IMG/VR virus record: IMGVR_UViG_3300037473_000512 | Coordinates: 1 to 44,270 of that record | Reading direction: 5' to 3' (one strand) | DNA: 44,270 nucleotides | Origin: a virus | Lineage: Duplodnaviria > Caudoviricetes | Shown: piece by piece, positions 17,859 through 26,853 of the stretch | Layout of the letters: the number at the start of each line of letters is the position of its first letter | Numbering within the stretch: the stretch's first letter is position 1 | Translations under genes and position numbers: made by a program | The notes under the pieces: generated by a model | Told to the model about the DNA's origin: nothing | Seen by the model: only the letters and a program-made list of their open reading frames with translations | Database searches by the model: none

Positions 17859-18188
17859 TCAGTCTACTACGATCGGACGTGGTGCGTCTGGTTCTTCTTT
17901 CTTTTTTTCAAGGGGACCGCGGGTCTCACCGATACGAAGAGCGTACTCCTGCAACCTGAGCCTCATCAGGTTCATGTTCTTGTGGGCCTCCTCGATCTCT
18001 GGGGAAGCCATGAACAGAGGAGTGCTGAGCAGCTTGTCGAAGAACGAGATGTTGGTCATGACGTCATCTCCCAGGAGACCGAACACCTCGTCGAACTGGA
18101 GGAGCTTCTTCATGAACATCCTCAGGAGTATGGCAAGCCCCACGTTCACGAGGACTGACAGCGCCAGGAGGATGATGAGGAGGATCAC
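17859..18188 (-). CDS. Membrane-anchored hypothetical protein
   Basis: N-terminal hydrophobic helix MILLIILLALSVLVNVGLAILL; GTGA overlap with upstream gene. Confidence 0.65.
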   Translation of the reverse strand: MILLIILLALSVLVNVGLAILLRMFMKKLLQFDEVFGLLGDDVMTNISFFDKLLSTPLFMASPEIEEAHKNMNLMRLRLQEYALRIGETRGPLEKKKEEPDAPRPIVVD

Positions 18189-18373
18189 TTGTATCCATCC
18201 CGGGCCCAGCTGTTGCCCTTCAGGACAAACCCGGCAGGATGCAAAACCGTCTCCATCTCAACGCCGCCATCACATCCGGGTTCCACGCAGTGTGGGGCCA
18301 ATCGGTTCTTGATCGATTGGATGAGCTCGATCTCCTTCTTGCACTTTGGGCAAGAGTACGTGTACGTGGGCAT
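18185..18373 (-). CDS. FmdB-family zinc-ribbon protein
   Basis: MPTYTYSCPKC...PHCVEPGC...GFVLKGNSWARDGY. Confidence 0.85.
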   Translation of the reverse strand: MPTYTYSCPKCKKEIELIQSIKNRLAPHCVEPGCDGGVEMETVLHPAGFVLKGNSWARDGYK

Positions 18374-18564
18374 CAGGCACGGCCCTTCTTGCCCAGGTAG
18401 TCAGCCGACAGTTCGACGGTGCCATGGTCGTACGCGAAGGTATCCCCCTCTGGGAACGCCGTCACGTCGATGTCCCTCAGGAGCTGGGAGATGTCGCACC
18501 CTTCCGTGAGACCCTTCCTCACGATCTCGACGATCTCCATGAGCACTCCATTTCCAAGTTTCAT
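18373..18564 (-). CDS. Hypothetical protein (63 aa)
   Basis: GGAGG upstream; TGATG coupling to the FmdB gene; first ORF after a promoter. Confidence 0.65.
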   Translation of the reverse strand: MKLGNGVLMEIVEIVRKGLTEGCDISQLLRDIDVTAFPEGDTFAYDHGTVELSADYLGKKGRA

Positions 18565-18601
18565 ACGTTTCTTTGCCTTCCTCCGCAGCCGCGGATCACT
18601 G

Positions 18602-18630
18602 ATTATAACACAGAATCGTCAGAATTTACA
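18602..18630 (-). promoter_or_regulatory. Sigma70-type promoter (TGTAAA-N17-TATAAT, extended -10 TGn)
   Basis: Minus strand reads TGTAAA ttctgacgattctgtgt TATAAT in one of the few intergenic gaps. Confidence 0.65.
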
Positions 18631-19531
18631 GGTCGGGTGTGGCGGTCCCGAACTTCTGGACCTTCTTGCCAGCGCAGAAATTGGCGAACTTCACGGCCCG
18701 TCGGACGTCCCTTGATCTGAGGAGCTCGACTGTCATGGCGGCGGTGAACGTGTCTCCACAGCCTGTCACATCGGTCGCCTTCTGCGGTTGGACCGGAAAG
18801 CTCTCGGTGTGGATCATGTAACGTCTGTCATCGCTCTTGACTTGCTCACACTGTAGCAGATCGGCGCCCTTCTCTCCCTTGGTGACCACGCAGTACTCGA
18901 AGAACTTCGTGAAATTCGGGTACAACCTGCTTGAGACCTGGGCGGAATACTCTGGCTCGTTGACCTTGAGGACGTTCATCCCCTCGAAGATCCTGAGATC
19001 GTTCCGTTTCGAATCAACCACAGCCAACGGGATGTCCCTGATGTATGAGATGATGGTCGGTGTGATCGTGCCCTTGCCATAATCAGAGATGACGACCGCG
19101 TCGAATTTCTCCTCTCGGAGGAGACCGAACGCGGCCGATTCAAACCAGACCACATCACCCTGAAGGAACTCCTGGAAGTTGTCGTGCCTGAACACATACT
19201 GGCCCGAATCCCGATCGACGTAACGGTGCTTGACCATGGTCGACCCGTTGACGACCATCTCGGTGTCAAGCCCAAAGAAATCCTGGAACATGGTGTAGTT
19301 ATCGGCCTCGGTCTCCGCTCCCATGTCCATGCCCATGATCCCGCAGAGCTTCACCTCATCGTCCGGCCCGCACAGCGATTTCAAGTTAACCGCGAGGTTG
19401 GCGGCACCACCCGGCCGGGCCTCCCATCCTACCTGGTCCCACACGGGAATGGGTGCCTCGGCGGCCCTCCGAGAGCTTCGGACATATGTGTAGCGGTCCA
19501 CCATCACATCGCCAATGCAAAGAATTCTCAT
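18626..19531 (-). CDS. hldA: D-glycero-D-manno-heptose-7-phosphate kinase (RfaE domain I, PfkB family)
   Basis: ILCIGDVMVDRY, EAPIPV, PGGAANLAVNL, VVISDYGKG, VTKGEKG, DVTGCGDTF. Confidence 0.85.
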   Translation of the reverse strand: MRILCIGDVMVDRYTYVRSSRRAAEAPIPVWDQVGWEARPGGAANLAVNLKSLCGPDDEVKLCGIMGMDMGAETEADNYTMFQDFFGLDTEMVVNGSTMVKHRYVDRDSGQYVFRHDNFQEFLQGDVVWFESAAFGLLREEKFDAVVISDYGKGTITPTIISYIRDIPLAVVDSKRNDLRIFEGMNVLKVNEPEYSAQVSSRLYPNFTKFFEYCVVTKGEKGADLLQCEQVKSDDRRYMIHTESFPVQPQKATDVTGCGDTFTAAMTVELLRSRDVRRAVKFANFCAGKKVQKFGTATPDL

Positions 19532-19944
19532 GTATTCTCCAAATATTCAAGAGATCTTCTGAGCAGTTGCGGATCATCTCTGAATAAACCAATTGCACGA
19601 TTACATCTCATGCAGAGTAAGCCGCGAATTTTTCCCGTCAGATGACAGTGATCAACGGCTAGCATGTTAGAATTTTCCTGTGGGATCCCATCGCAAATCG
19701 CGCATTTTCCTTCCTGCATCTTGAGTAATTTCTCATACTCAAGAAGAGAAATTCCAAATGTATCTGTCAGTTCTCTATTCTTCTTATGTTTTCTAGAACA
19801 TTCTTCGCTGCAAAGAAAATGTCGTCCCATTAAGGGTCCAACATAATCTTGCAAACAACCATTTGCAATTTCTAATTCTTGTCCCAGTCTTTTGAAGATA
19901 AGATAATGTTTTGGCGCGCCTTTCGAGAGTCTCAGGCTTTCCAC
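19528..19944 (-). mobile_element. Endonuclease VII-family (putative homing) endonuclease gene, AT-rich
   Basis: FGISLLEYEKLLKMQEGKCAIC...LAVDHCHLTGKIRGLLCMRCNRAIG; visibly lower GC than flanks. Confidence 0.8.
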
Positions 19945-19953
19945 TTATACCCC

Positions 19954-20457
19954 TTACCGGGAGGCATGTATCCTCTCGACAATGGAAGTGGTAGAATACT
20001 CACCGACCAACGGAACGATCTCGACATAGGCAAGCTCGTGCCCGATGACCTTGTGGGCCTGATAATCTCCACCCTTGACTATGACGGAAGGAGAGAGGGT
20101 CCTGATCAGCTCGATAGGTGTGTCCTCGTCGAATGTCACCACGTGATCGACGTACTTGATCGAGACCAAGACGGTGGCCCTGTGGATCTCGTCGAGTATA
20201 GGACGTTCTGGACCCTTCAGTCTCCTGACGGATTCGTCGCTGTTCAACCCGACGACTACCGCCCCCCGTGGACCGGCCAACTGTCGACAACGATAGAGCA
20301 CCTGGAGATGTCCCGGGTGTAATATGTCGAAACAGCCATTGGTGAACACGATCGGATCGTAGCCACGACCGGGATACTTCAAAGATCCGTGGCGTCTGAT
20401 CTCATTGCATATGAGATCGTACCCGTCATCTGGATAGATGGTTGGTCCAGAGCTCAC
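19954..20457 (-). CDS. hldC: Heptose-1-phosphate adenylyltransferase (RfaE domain II)
   Basis: VFTNGCFDILHPGH, VVGLNSDESVRRLKGPERP, FDEDTP, VKGGDY, STTSIVERI. Confidence 0.9.
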   Translation of the reverse strand: MSSGPTIYPDDGYDLICNEIRRHGSLKYPGRGYDPIVFTNGCFDILHPGHLQVLYRCRQLAGPRGAVVVGLNSDESVRRLKGPERPILDEIHRATVLVSIKYVDHVVTFDEDTPIELIRTLSPSVIVKGGDYQAHKVIGHELAYVEIVPLVGEYSTTSIVERIHASR

Positions 20458-21371
20458 TTGTCAGTGACCGCACGATCCTTCATGTCCTCCCAATCCTTCT
20501 TCTCTCGGATCTCGAGATTCCGTTCGATCACGGCCGTGAACAATTTCTCGCCGGTCCCAAGCTCTTTGGAGACATGACGAAGGTTGTTGATATCCTTTGG
20601 GAAACAGTGTCCGCCGGCGCCGAGGTGACCATCGGGACCCGGAACAGTGGTGTGGCTATATCCGATCCGTCTGTCCAAGACGGCAAGGTCACGAACCTGC
20701 TCGTACTCGAGACCAAGCTCTTCACAGATTTTGTAGATCTCATTGCAGAACAGGACCTTGGTCATGAGGATTCCGTTCGTGAACAGCTTGACCATCTCGG
20801 CCGTCGTAGAGCTGCAAGCGGCGATGGTTACAACCTCCGATTCCACCTTGTCCTTGAGGCGACCCTCAAAGTACTTGAAGAGCACACGGCAATCCTCGAT
20901 GTCTCCACCCAGAACGATCCGGTTAGTGTTGACAAAATCTTGGATGCTGTTCGCCTCCGTCAGAAACTCTGGAGAGAACACCAGACGAAGACCAGGAAAC
21001 TTGATCTTCATCGAATCGGTGAACCCCGGCCAGACGGTCGACTTGACGACGACGACCATGGTTCCGAGGTTCCGTCCCTTCTCTTTCGAGAGACGAACGA
21101 TGTCACCCAAGACTTCTTCCACGATGCCAGAATAACAAGAACCATCCTGTCGCATCGGAGTCGGAACGCAAACGAAGATCGCCTCCGCAGCCTCGACGAC
21201 CTCATCCATGGTGTTCCATTCGGGTTTCGCCTTGTCATGGACGAGAACACGACACGTGGAACCGAAGAAGTATTCCACCGCCTGGCCGACGTATCCGTGT
21301 CCGACGACACCAACCGTGGCATTTGCGGGAACGAAGCTCTCGATGAAATCGGGACTGTTGATGTCGAGCAT
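20454..21371 (-). CDS. UDP-glucose/GDP-mannose dehydrogenase family protein (short form)
   Basis: GVVGHGYVG, FVCVPTP, VVKSTVWPG, FSPEFLTE, AEMVKLFTN, GAGGHCFPKD. Confidence 0.88.
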   Translation of the reverse strand: MLDINSPDFIESFVPANATVGVVGHGYVGQAVEYFFGSTCRVLVHDKAKPEWNTMDEVVEAAEAIFVCVPTPMRQDGSCYSGIVEEVLGDIVRLSKEKGRNLGTMVVVVKSTVWPGFTDSMKIKFPGLRLVFSPEFLTEANSIQDFVNTNRIVLGGDIEDCRVLFKYFEGRLKDKVESEVVTIAACSSTTAEMVKLFTNGILMTKVLFCNEIYKICEELGLEYEQVRDLAVLDRRIGYSHTTVPGPDGHLGAGGHCFPKDINNLRHVSKELGTGEKLFTAVIERNLEIREKKDWEDMKDRAVTDK

Positions 21372-22426
21372 CAGATGATCCTCTCGAAGTATTCGCGGAA
21401 GCGATTGGCCTGGACGGCCCAGTTTTCAGAAATAGCATACTGGCGAGCATTATCACCCAGCTCTTTCCACCATCCCTCAACCACAGATCTGAAGATGGTG
21501 ATGTGCCACTTCTCTGGTCGTTCCACGATCCCCGTCCGCCCATTCTCGATGAGATCGGAGGGCGTCCCCATCCCGGGAGGATAGAGCACTAGGCTCCCGG
21601 CGGCCATGGCCTGCCGATGCGCTCGAGAGGACGGTTCCATGAACGTAGACGTGTATGGGAGGATCCCGCACCTGTTGAACAGCTCTCGGAGGACCATCCC
21701 ATTCGGGACATTTCCCATGACCTTGATCCCGGGATGTTGTGGGATGTTGGGTGGCTGGCAGTAGTCTGGCCAGCAGATGTTCAGCCTGAACCTGTTGTCA
21801 AGGACGTAGAGCCGCATGAACATCTCAAGACACTGCTGGAGTCCCCGGCCCGGATCTGATGCCCAGAGAAGCTGGTACGGATCCTTGTCGGGAGAGGGAG
21901 CGTAGACTTCAGTATCGACTCCGAGAGTCAAACCATCGATGAGTGCCGCACCGTCGAGGTTTCCGCCAAGTTCGTTGTAGATGTTCCGTTTGTGCCACTT
22001 CGGGAAGCAGAGAATGCCATGAAGCTTCTTCTCGGCGTGCGCCCTGATGACCGTGCCCTTCCACTCGGGACTGAAAGAGTGGTCCTGGCAGTTTATGACG
22101 TTGATGGCCTCTGGACGATAGAACTCAGGGAACCACTTTCGCCAGTGGACGACGACATCGACGGGAGAATTCCATCTTCTCTCTTCGACATGTCTCAAGG
22201 TTCCGTATTCTATGTCAGTCTCAAGATCATCGATTTTTTTTAGGTCGATCTTAGGAAGAAGAGAGATTGGATCACGATCGTAGTCAACCGTCGTGACCGT
22301 GACATCCATCTTTCCATCACGGGCAAAATAGTAGGGAAGTTCCAAATGGAACTGTGTGAAAAACAAACGATATTCATCTGGAAGTTCCTGATACTTCCGC
22401 TTCACCCCGACGAAGGCGACCCTCAC
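21371..22426 (-). CDS. Glycosyltransferase (GT-B, GT4-like)
   Basis: LGVDTEVYAP, LLWASDPGRGL, YTSTFMEPSS...AMAAG, ENGRTGIV. Confidence 0.75.
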   Translation of the reverse strand: MRVAFVGVKRKYQELPDEYRLFFTQFHLELPYYFARDGKMDVTVTTVDYDRDPISLLPKIDLKKIDDLETDIEYGTLRHVEERRWNSPVDVVVHWRKWFPEFYRPEAINVINCQDHSFSPEWKGTVIRAHAEKKLHGILCFPKWHKRNIYNELGGNLDGAALIDGLTLGVDTEVYAPSPDKDPYQLLWASDPGRGLQQCLEMFMRLYVLDNRFRLNICWPDYCQPPNIPQHPGIKVMGNVPNGMVLRELFNRCGILPYTSTFMEPSSRAHRQAMAAGSLVLYPPGMGTPSDLIENGRTGIVERPEKWHITIFRSVVEGWWKELGDNARQYAISENWAVQANRFREYFERII

Positions 22427-23001
22427 TGTTCACCCCACAGATTCTTGGATTTGGTGGCCGCGAACTTAAAGTTCCAGTTTGCAGTCTGATGGGCTCTTTC
22501 AAGATCGGTGATCTGATCGAATCCAACAGAGCGGAGATGTCTCTCGAGGATCCTCTTGGTGAACGCAGTGTGATGCCAGTTTCCCGGACGGTCCTGTCCG
22601 CCGTAGAGCCGATGGATCCCCGCATCCTGGATCGGTTCGGGCATCTTCTTGCACTTCGGACAGCGGTAATCATCACCATCCATGTACTCTCCGCAGTCGT
22701 TACACTGGTAGGTGATCTCTGGGATGTGGAGGATGGCCTTGGCGCAATGCTCAAAATCGGGAACCTGAACGATGAGCGTCCCTTCCGCCCTCAGAACCCT
22801 CCAACATTCGCTCAAGATCTTCCCGGTCAGGCGATAGGAAAAGTGCTCGAGGAAATCTAGCATCATGATCTCATCTGCAGATTCGTCCGCCCATGGCCAT
22901 GGAAAATTTCCGAGATCGACATTCTCGTCAAACGGAGGATAGAGATCGACGTTGACGTACCCCTTCCGAAGGTCATTGCCGCAACCCAAGTTCAGCTTCA
23001 C
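22423..23001 (-). CDS. SAM-dependent methyltransferase (type 11) with CxxC-CxxC insertion
   Basis: KLNLGCG, YVNVD, WPWADESADEI, FLEHF, ECWRVL, VQVPD; insert CNDC...CPKC. Confidence 0.8.
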   Translation of the reverse strand: MKLNLGCGNDLRKGYVNVDLYPPFDENVDLGNFPWPWADESADEIMMLDFLEHFSYRLTGKILSECWRVLRAEGTLIVQVPDFEHCAKAILHIPEITYQCNDCGEYMDGDDYRCPKCKKMPEPIQDAGIHRLYGGQDRPGNWHHTAFTKRILERHLRSVGFDQITDLERAHQTANWNFKFAATKSKNLWGEQ

Positions 23002-23894
23002 AGGTTCCTCACGAATTCGATGACCTCGGCCGCCCGGTGCTCTGGAAGATGTGATTCTCGGATCTCATCGTAGATCTGCTTCCCCTCGAACTCCCAGAGT
23101 CCGGTCCTCAGGAGGTTCCTCGCCTGTTGGACCAGGGACATCTCGTCACCAAACCTCACCCACTTCCTGGGACCTGGCTTGATCTCGTCGTACTCTGAGA
23201 TGATGGAGTTTGAGAGAAGACAGGTTCCGGTCATCCCGACCTCGAAATGCCTGCACTGGTATCCATATCCCTGCCCGAAAGGCTGACCGACATCCGTCGC
23301 GTGATTCAGGACGACCTTCGCCCTGTTGTAGAGGGAGACCAAAAGCGGGATATTATACGTCTCTCCGCATTCGACGGTGAACCCGTTGGCTCTGAGGATG
23401 TCGATCATCCTCCTCCGAGAAGCGTGTGACTGCGGTCCTCCGAGGCTCCCGATGAAGAGGAAGTCGATGTCCCTCTCGAGTCCCATCGGACGGTAGAGTT
23501 CATCATCGGCTGTCAGCAACAGGGTCTGGGCCTTCTTGTACCCGTAATCCGGCTTGACGACTTCCTTCGCTCCGTCATCATCGAAGGTGAGGGCGTAATC
23601 ACAGACCGAACGCATCTCTCTCATCAATTGCTGGATGTGCGGAAATCGAAGATCATCAGGTTGGTACACGATCTTCGGGCCGGGAAGCCTCGCCAGGTGT
23701 GGATTCAACTGGTGACCGGTCTTGAAGATGAGGGTGAAATCCGGATCCATATGAACCGGGACAGTCTTCTCTGTCGGATCGATCCCGGACACTTCGTGTC
23801 CGAGACGGAGGAATCCCTTCATAAAGGCGATCTCAGTCCCGAACGGAAAGTTCCTCTTCACGGGGCCTACGACGTTTATCCTCATCTCAATCAC
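22998..23894 (-). CDS. Glycosyltransferase (CgeB/Glyco_trans_1_2-like)
   Basis: DIDFLFIGS, SRRRMI, LYNRAKVVLN, RHFEVGMTGTCLLS, HLPEHRA. Confidence 0.75.
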   Translation of the reverse strand: MIEMRINVVGPVKRNFPFGTEIAFMKGFLRLGHEVSGIDPTEKTVPVHMDPDFTLIFKTGHQLNPHLARLPGPKIVYQPDDLRFPHIQQLMREMRSVCDYALTFDDDGAKEVVKPDYGYKKAQTLLLTADDELYRPMGLERDIDFLFIGSLGGPQSHASRRRMIDILRANGFTVECGETYNIPLLVSLYNRAKVVLNHATDVGQPFGQGYGYQCRHFEVGMTGTCLLSNSIISEYDEIKPGPRKWVRFGDEMSLVQQARNLLRTGLWEFEGKQIYDEIRESHLPEHRAAEVIEFVRNL

Positions 23895-24270
23895 CCTTCT
23901 CTACACGATATGAATCCGTATCGTGATGAGTCGTGCTGAACTCAAAGAGATCGGAATCTTCCAGCGCACCGATCTGATGGATCATCCCGGGATGAATGTG
24001 AAGGGCGTCTCCCGGAAACATCTCCTGGACGATCTCTTCTCCCTGATCGATTATCCGGACCTGCAAGTGTCCAGATTGGAGATACATCGTCTCATCCTTC
24101 ACCATATGAAAGTGCAACGAGCACATCTTTCCCTTATTGAAATGAAGGATCTTTCCACAATATCGACCGTTGTTCACGATCCAAAGCTCGTGACCCCAGC
24201 CCTTCTTGTGGATTCCCCCGAAGTTATTCTCGAGGACATCTGCAGGACGATAGATTTTCGACGTCGCCAT
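23887..24270 (-). CDS. Cupin-fold sugar isomerase-like protein
   Basis: KKGWGHELWIVN, YCGKIL, CSLHFHMVKDETMYL, HQIGALEDSDLFEFST; start moved to MATSK (TGATG coupling with hldD). Confidence 0.8.
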   Translation of the reverse strand: MATSKIYRPADVLENNFGGIHKKGWGHELWIVNNGRYCGKILHFNKGKMCSLHFHMVKDETMYLQSGHLQVRIIDQGEEIVQEMFPGDALHIHPGMIHQIGALEDSDLFEFSTTHHDTDSYRVEKGD

Positions 24271-25214
24271 CACACCCTCCACAATTTCTTAGAGGTCCAC
24301 AACCCATTCTCGAGGCTGGTAAACTCTCCGTGGTATCCACCGTGATCACGAAGATTGCGAAGGTCGGCCTCAGTGAAGCACTGGTACTTTCCCTCAAGAC
24401 TCTTCGGGAAATCCGCATACGTTGGGCACTCATCCGTCACGATCTTGGCCAGTTCGTTGAACGTCCGCGACTGACCCGTGCCCACGTTGAATATCCCAGC
24501 TCGGGCCTTCTCTCCGAACATAAAATGCATGTTCACATCGTACACATCGCCGACGTACACGAAGTCCCTCCGATGCTCTCCAGCGGGGTAGCCACCATAT
24601 TCCCCATAGAGCACCGGTCCCTCACCGTTCACATGCTTCCGATGCATCTGGTAGGCGATGGAAGCCATCTTACCCTTCTCCTCCTCACCGGGACCATACA
24701 CGTTGAAGTAGCGAAGCCCAACCAACGGGACATCGTAGCGAGAGTCGTTCATGATCTGGCGAACGTATCGATCGACCAAAAGTTTCGAATACCCGTAGAC
24801 ATTCAGGGGAGTCTCACAGGACGGGTCCTCGCGAAAGTGGTAGTGCACCAGACCCTGACCATACACGGCCGCGGAGGAGGCGTAGACAAGCGGGACATCG
24901 TATTTCATGCAAGCGTCGATCAGGGCGATCGACTTTGTGTAGTTGTTCTCCATCACGTACTTTGAATCCGGATGGGTCGTGCTCGAACAGGCACCCTGAT
25001 GAAAAACACCCTCCACCTTGGGATCCAGGACAACCTCGGCAGGATCGGAAAAAAACTCGTCCCGGTCCATGTACGAAGCGGACGCGAAGCGATCGAACTT
25101 CCGCATCTTCTCTTCGGTGATCCGATCCACAACCAAGACCTTTCGTCCTTGGCTGAGGAGTCCCATGGTGATGTAGGAACCGATGAATCCGAGTCCGCCC
25201 GTGACGATGTACAT
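24270..25214 (-). CDS. hldD: ADP-L-glycero-D-manno-heptose-6-epimerase
   Basis: IVTGGLGFIGS, FHQGACSSTT, YASSAAVYG, PLNVYGYSK, GLRYFNVYGPGE..KGKMAS, RDFVYVGDV, YQCFTEADL. Confidence 0.92.
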   Translation of the reverse strand: MYIVTGGLGFIGSYITMGLLSQGRKVLVVDRITEEKMRKFDRFASASYMDRDEFFSDPAEVVLDPKVEGVFHQGACSSTTHPDSKYVMENNYTKSIALIDACMKYDVPLVYASSAAVYGQGLVHYHFREDPSCETPLNVYGYSKLLVDRYVRQIMNDSRYDVPLVGLRYFNVYGPGEEEKGKMASIAYQMHRKHVNGEGPVLYGEYGGYPAGEHRRDFVYVGDVYDVNMHFMFGEKARAGIFNVGTGQSRTFNELAKIVTDECPTYADFPKSLEGKYQCFTEADLRNLRDHGGYHGEFTSLENGLWTSKKLWRV

Positions 25215-26125
25215 CAGCCGATCTCCTCGAGGAATTCCATGAACTCATTAAATACGTTCTCCGGGGACGTGCCATTCCAACCGAAGATGCAACGGTTGTG
25301 ATCGGCTGACGGGGTCCACGGCCGGTTCTTGATGACAAGCTTGAAGTCCATGAATATGCCCAGGGTCAAGATGTCCTCGGAAGCCGCGACGTGCATCATT
25401 CCAGTGTCGTTTCCGATGTAGGCTTTACAGCTCGAGACGACCCTGAAGGCGTGGTTGATGGTCGTCGTCGGGATGTACCTCAGCTGCGGGGCCAGCTGCT
25501 TGATCGGATTGATCGTAAGCTGGAGATCTGCCATGTCTCCCGTGGTGTACGCTTCCCATCCGGCGGCATCCAACATGGAGACGAGCTTTGCATAGTTCTC
25601 GTTGCCCCAGTGCTTGAACTTCCAGAAACCCGCACGGTCCTTCTTGTAGCCCAGACCGATGTAGACAGATTTCGGTCCGATCCCTGGATGCGGATGCATC
25701 TGGGTCATGAACTTCGGAGAAGGAACTCCCTTGGAGTAGCCGAGGTAATCCGCGTTCTCCATCTGGTAGAGAACCTCGTGTTTCTCCCAGGACACCAAGC
25801 CGATCGTAGAGGGATCCGGTCTCGTCCTGCCGTCGATGACTTTCTTGGCCCTGAAGTGTGTGCCGTTGCGCCAGCGCCCATCAAAGGGGATCGCCATGAC
25901 GGCCACGTCATACTCTGGGGCGGAGGTATGGCAGGAGTTCAGGTGCGCGGTATCGATGATCCCAGAATTCTTCAGCTCGTGGACTACCTCTATCGCTCCG
26001 ACGTCATCTGGAGAAGTCCCGATGAGGATGTCCAGCCTCTCCGCGATGCTCCCCAACGCCTTTAGCATGGGGACCGCGAGGACGAGATTTCCGATGCCAA
26101 ACGTCTTTCCGACGAGGATCTTCAT
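25214..26125 (-). CDS. GT9-family (heptosyltransferase-like) glycosyltransferase
   Basis: GIGNLVLAVPMLKAL, KHWGNENYAKL, YIGNDTGMMHVAAS; coupled to hldD. Confidence 0.85.
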   Translation of the reverse strand: MKILVGKTFGIGNLVLAVPMLKALGSIAERLDILIGTSPDDVGAIEVVHELKNSGIIDTAHLNSCHTSAPEYDVAVMAIPFDGRWRNGTHFRAKKVIDGRTRPDPSTIGLVSWEKHEVLYQMENADYLGYSKGVPSPKFMTQMHPHPGIGPKSVYIGLGYKKDRAGFWKFKHWGNENYAKLVSMLDAAGWEAYTTGDMADLQLTINPIKQLAPQLRYIPTTTINHAFRVVSSCKAYIGNDTGMMHVAASEDILTLGIFMDFKLVIKNRPWTPSADHNRCIFGWNGTSPENVFNEFMEFLEEIG

Positions 26126-26853
26126 GACTTACGAGCGATGAACAAGAGGTTGGGGCAACCGAGTTCCATGCAGAGTTGGACGTACCCCCTCTGATCTCCA
26201 TACCCAACGTCGTCTAGGATCTTTCGAGGGGGCTCCTTGTACCCTTCCTGGTCCATAACCATCTCAAATCCAGAGAAACCGGCATCACCAAAGATCTTGC
26301 AGAGATCTTTAAATGTGTAGAACGCGAGATGGCCGCCATGGAAGACCTCCCTGTCTCCCGACGTATGCGGGAACGTCCCGTGATACAGCAGTTCCGCCAC
26401 GTGTGGCCAGAACCTGATGTTCGGTGTGTTGATGAAGACCTGTCCATCACGTTTCAAGACACGATGGCATTCCCTGGCGAAGTTCTCTGGATCGATGATG
26501 TGTTCGATGAAATCGAGAGCGGTCACGAGATCAATGGTCTGATCGTCGTAGTATCTCAGGCCCGTGCAGTCGACATCTCCGACCCACGTCTCGTTCCCCT
26601 TCGTCCGGGCGGCGTCGAGGAATTTCTCAGAGATATCGAAGACGATCCTTCGCTCAAAGATATCCTCCGTGGCATATCCAAGATCGCCGATCGCGCCACC
26701 GACATCGAGCAGGGTGCCCCCGCTTCGAAGCTTCCCCTGACGGATCAGTTGGACGCACTTGTCAACTCGACCATTTCCACCGACGTAAGGTTCGAGATCC
26801 TTCGGTTTGAACTTACGCTCAGAAAGATCATCGTAAAGCTTCTGTTTATCCAC
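26122..26853 (-). CDS. Class I SAM-dependent methyltransferase
   Basis: LLDVGGAIG, DLVTALDFIEHIIDP, ECHRVLKRDGQVFINTPN. Confidence 0.85.
   Translation of the reverse strand: MDKQKLYDDLSERKFKPKDLEPYVGGNGRVDKCVQLIRQGKLRSGGTLLDVGGAIGDLGYATEDIFERRIVFDISEKFLDAARTKGNETWVGDVDCTGLRYYDDQTIDLVTALDFIEHIIDPENFARECHRVLKRDGQVFINTPNIRFWPHVAELLYHGTFPHTSGDREVFHGGHLAFYTFKDLCKIFGDAGFSGFEMVMDQEGYKEPPRKILDDVGYGDQRGYVQLCMELGCPNLLFIARKS

Noticed and set aside
17821-17860. Two TTGACA hexamers upstream of the sigma gene as a sigma70 promoter
   Set aside because: No credible -10 element at 16-18 nt spacing.
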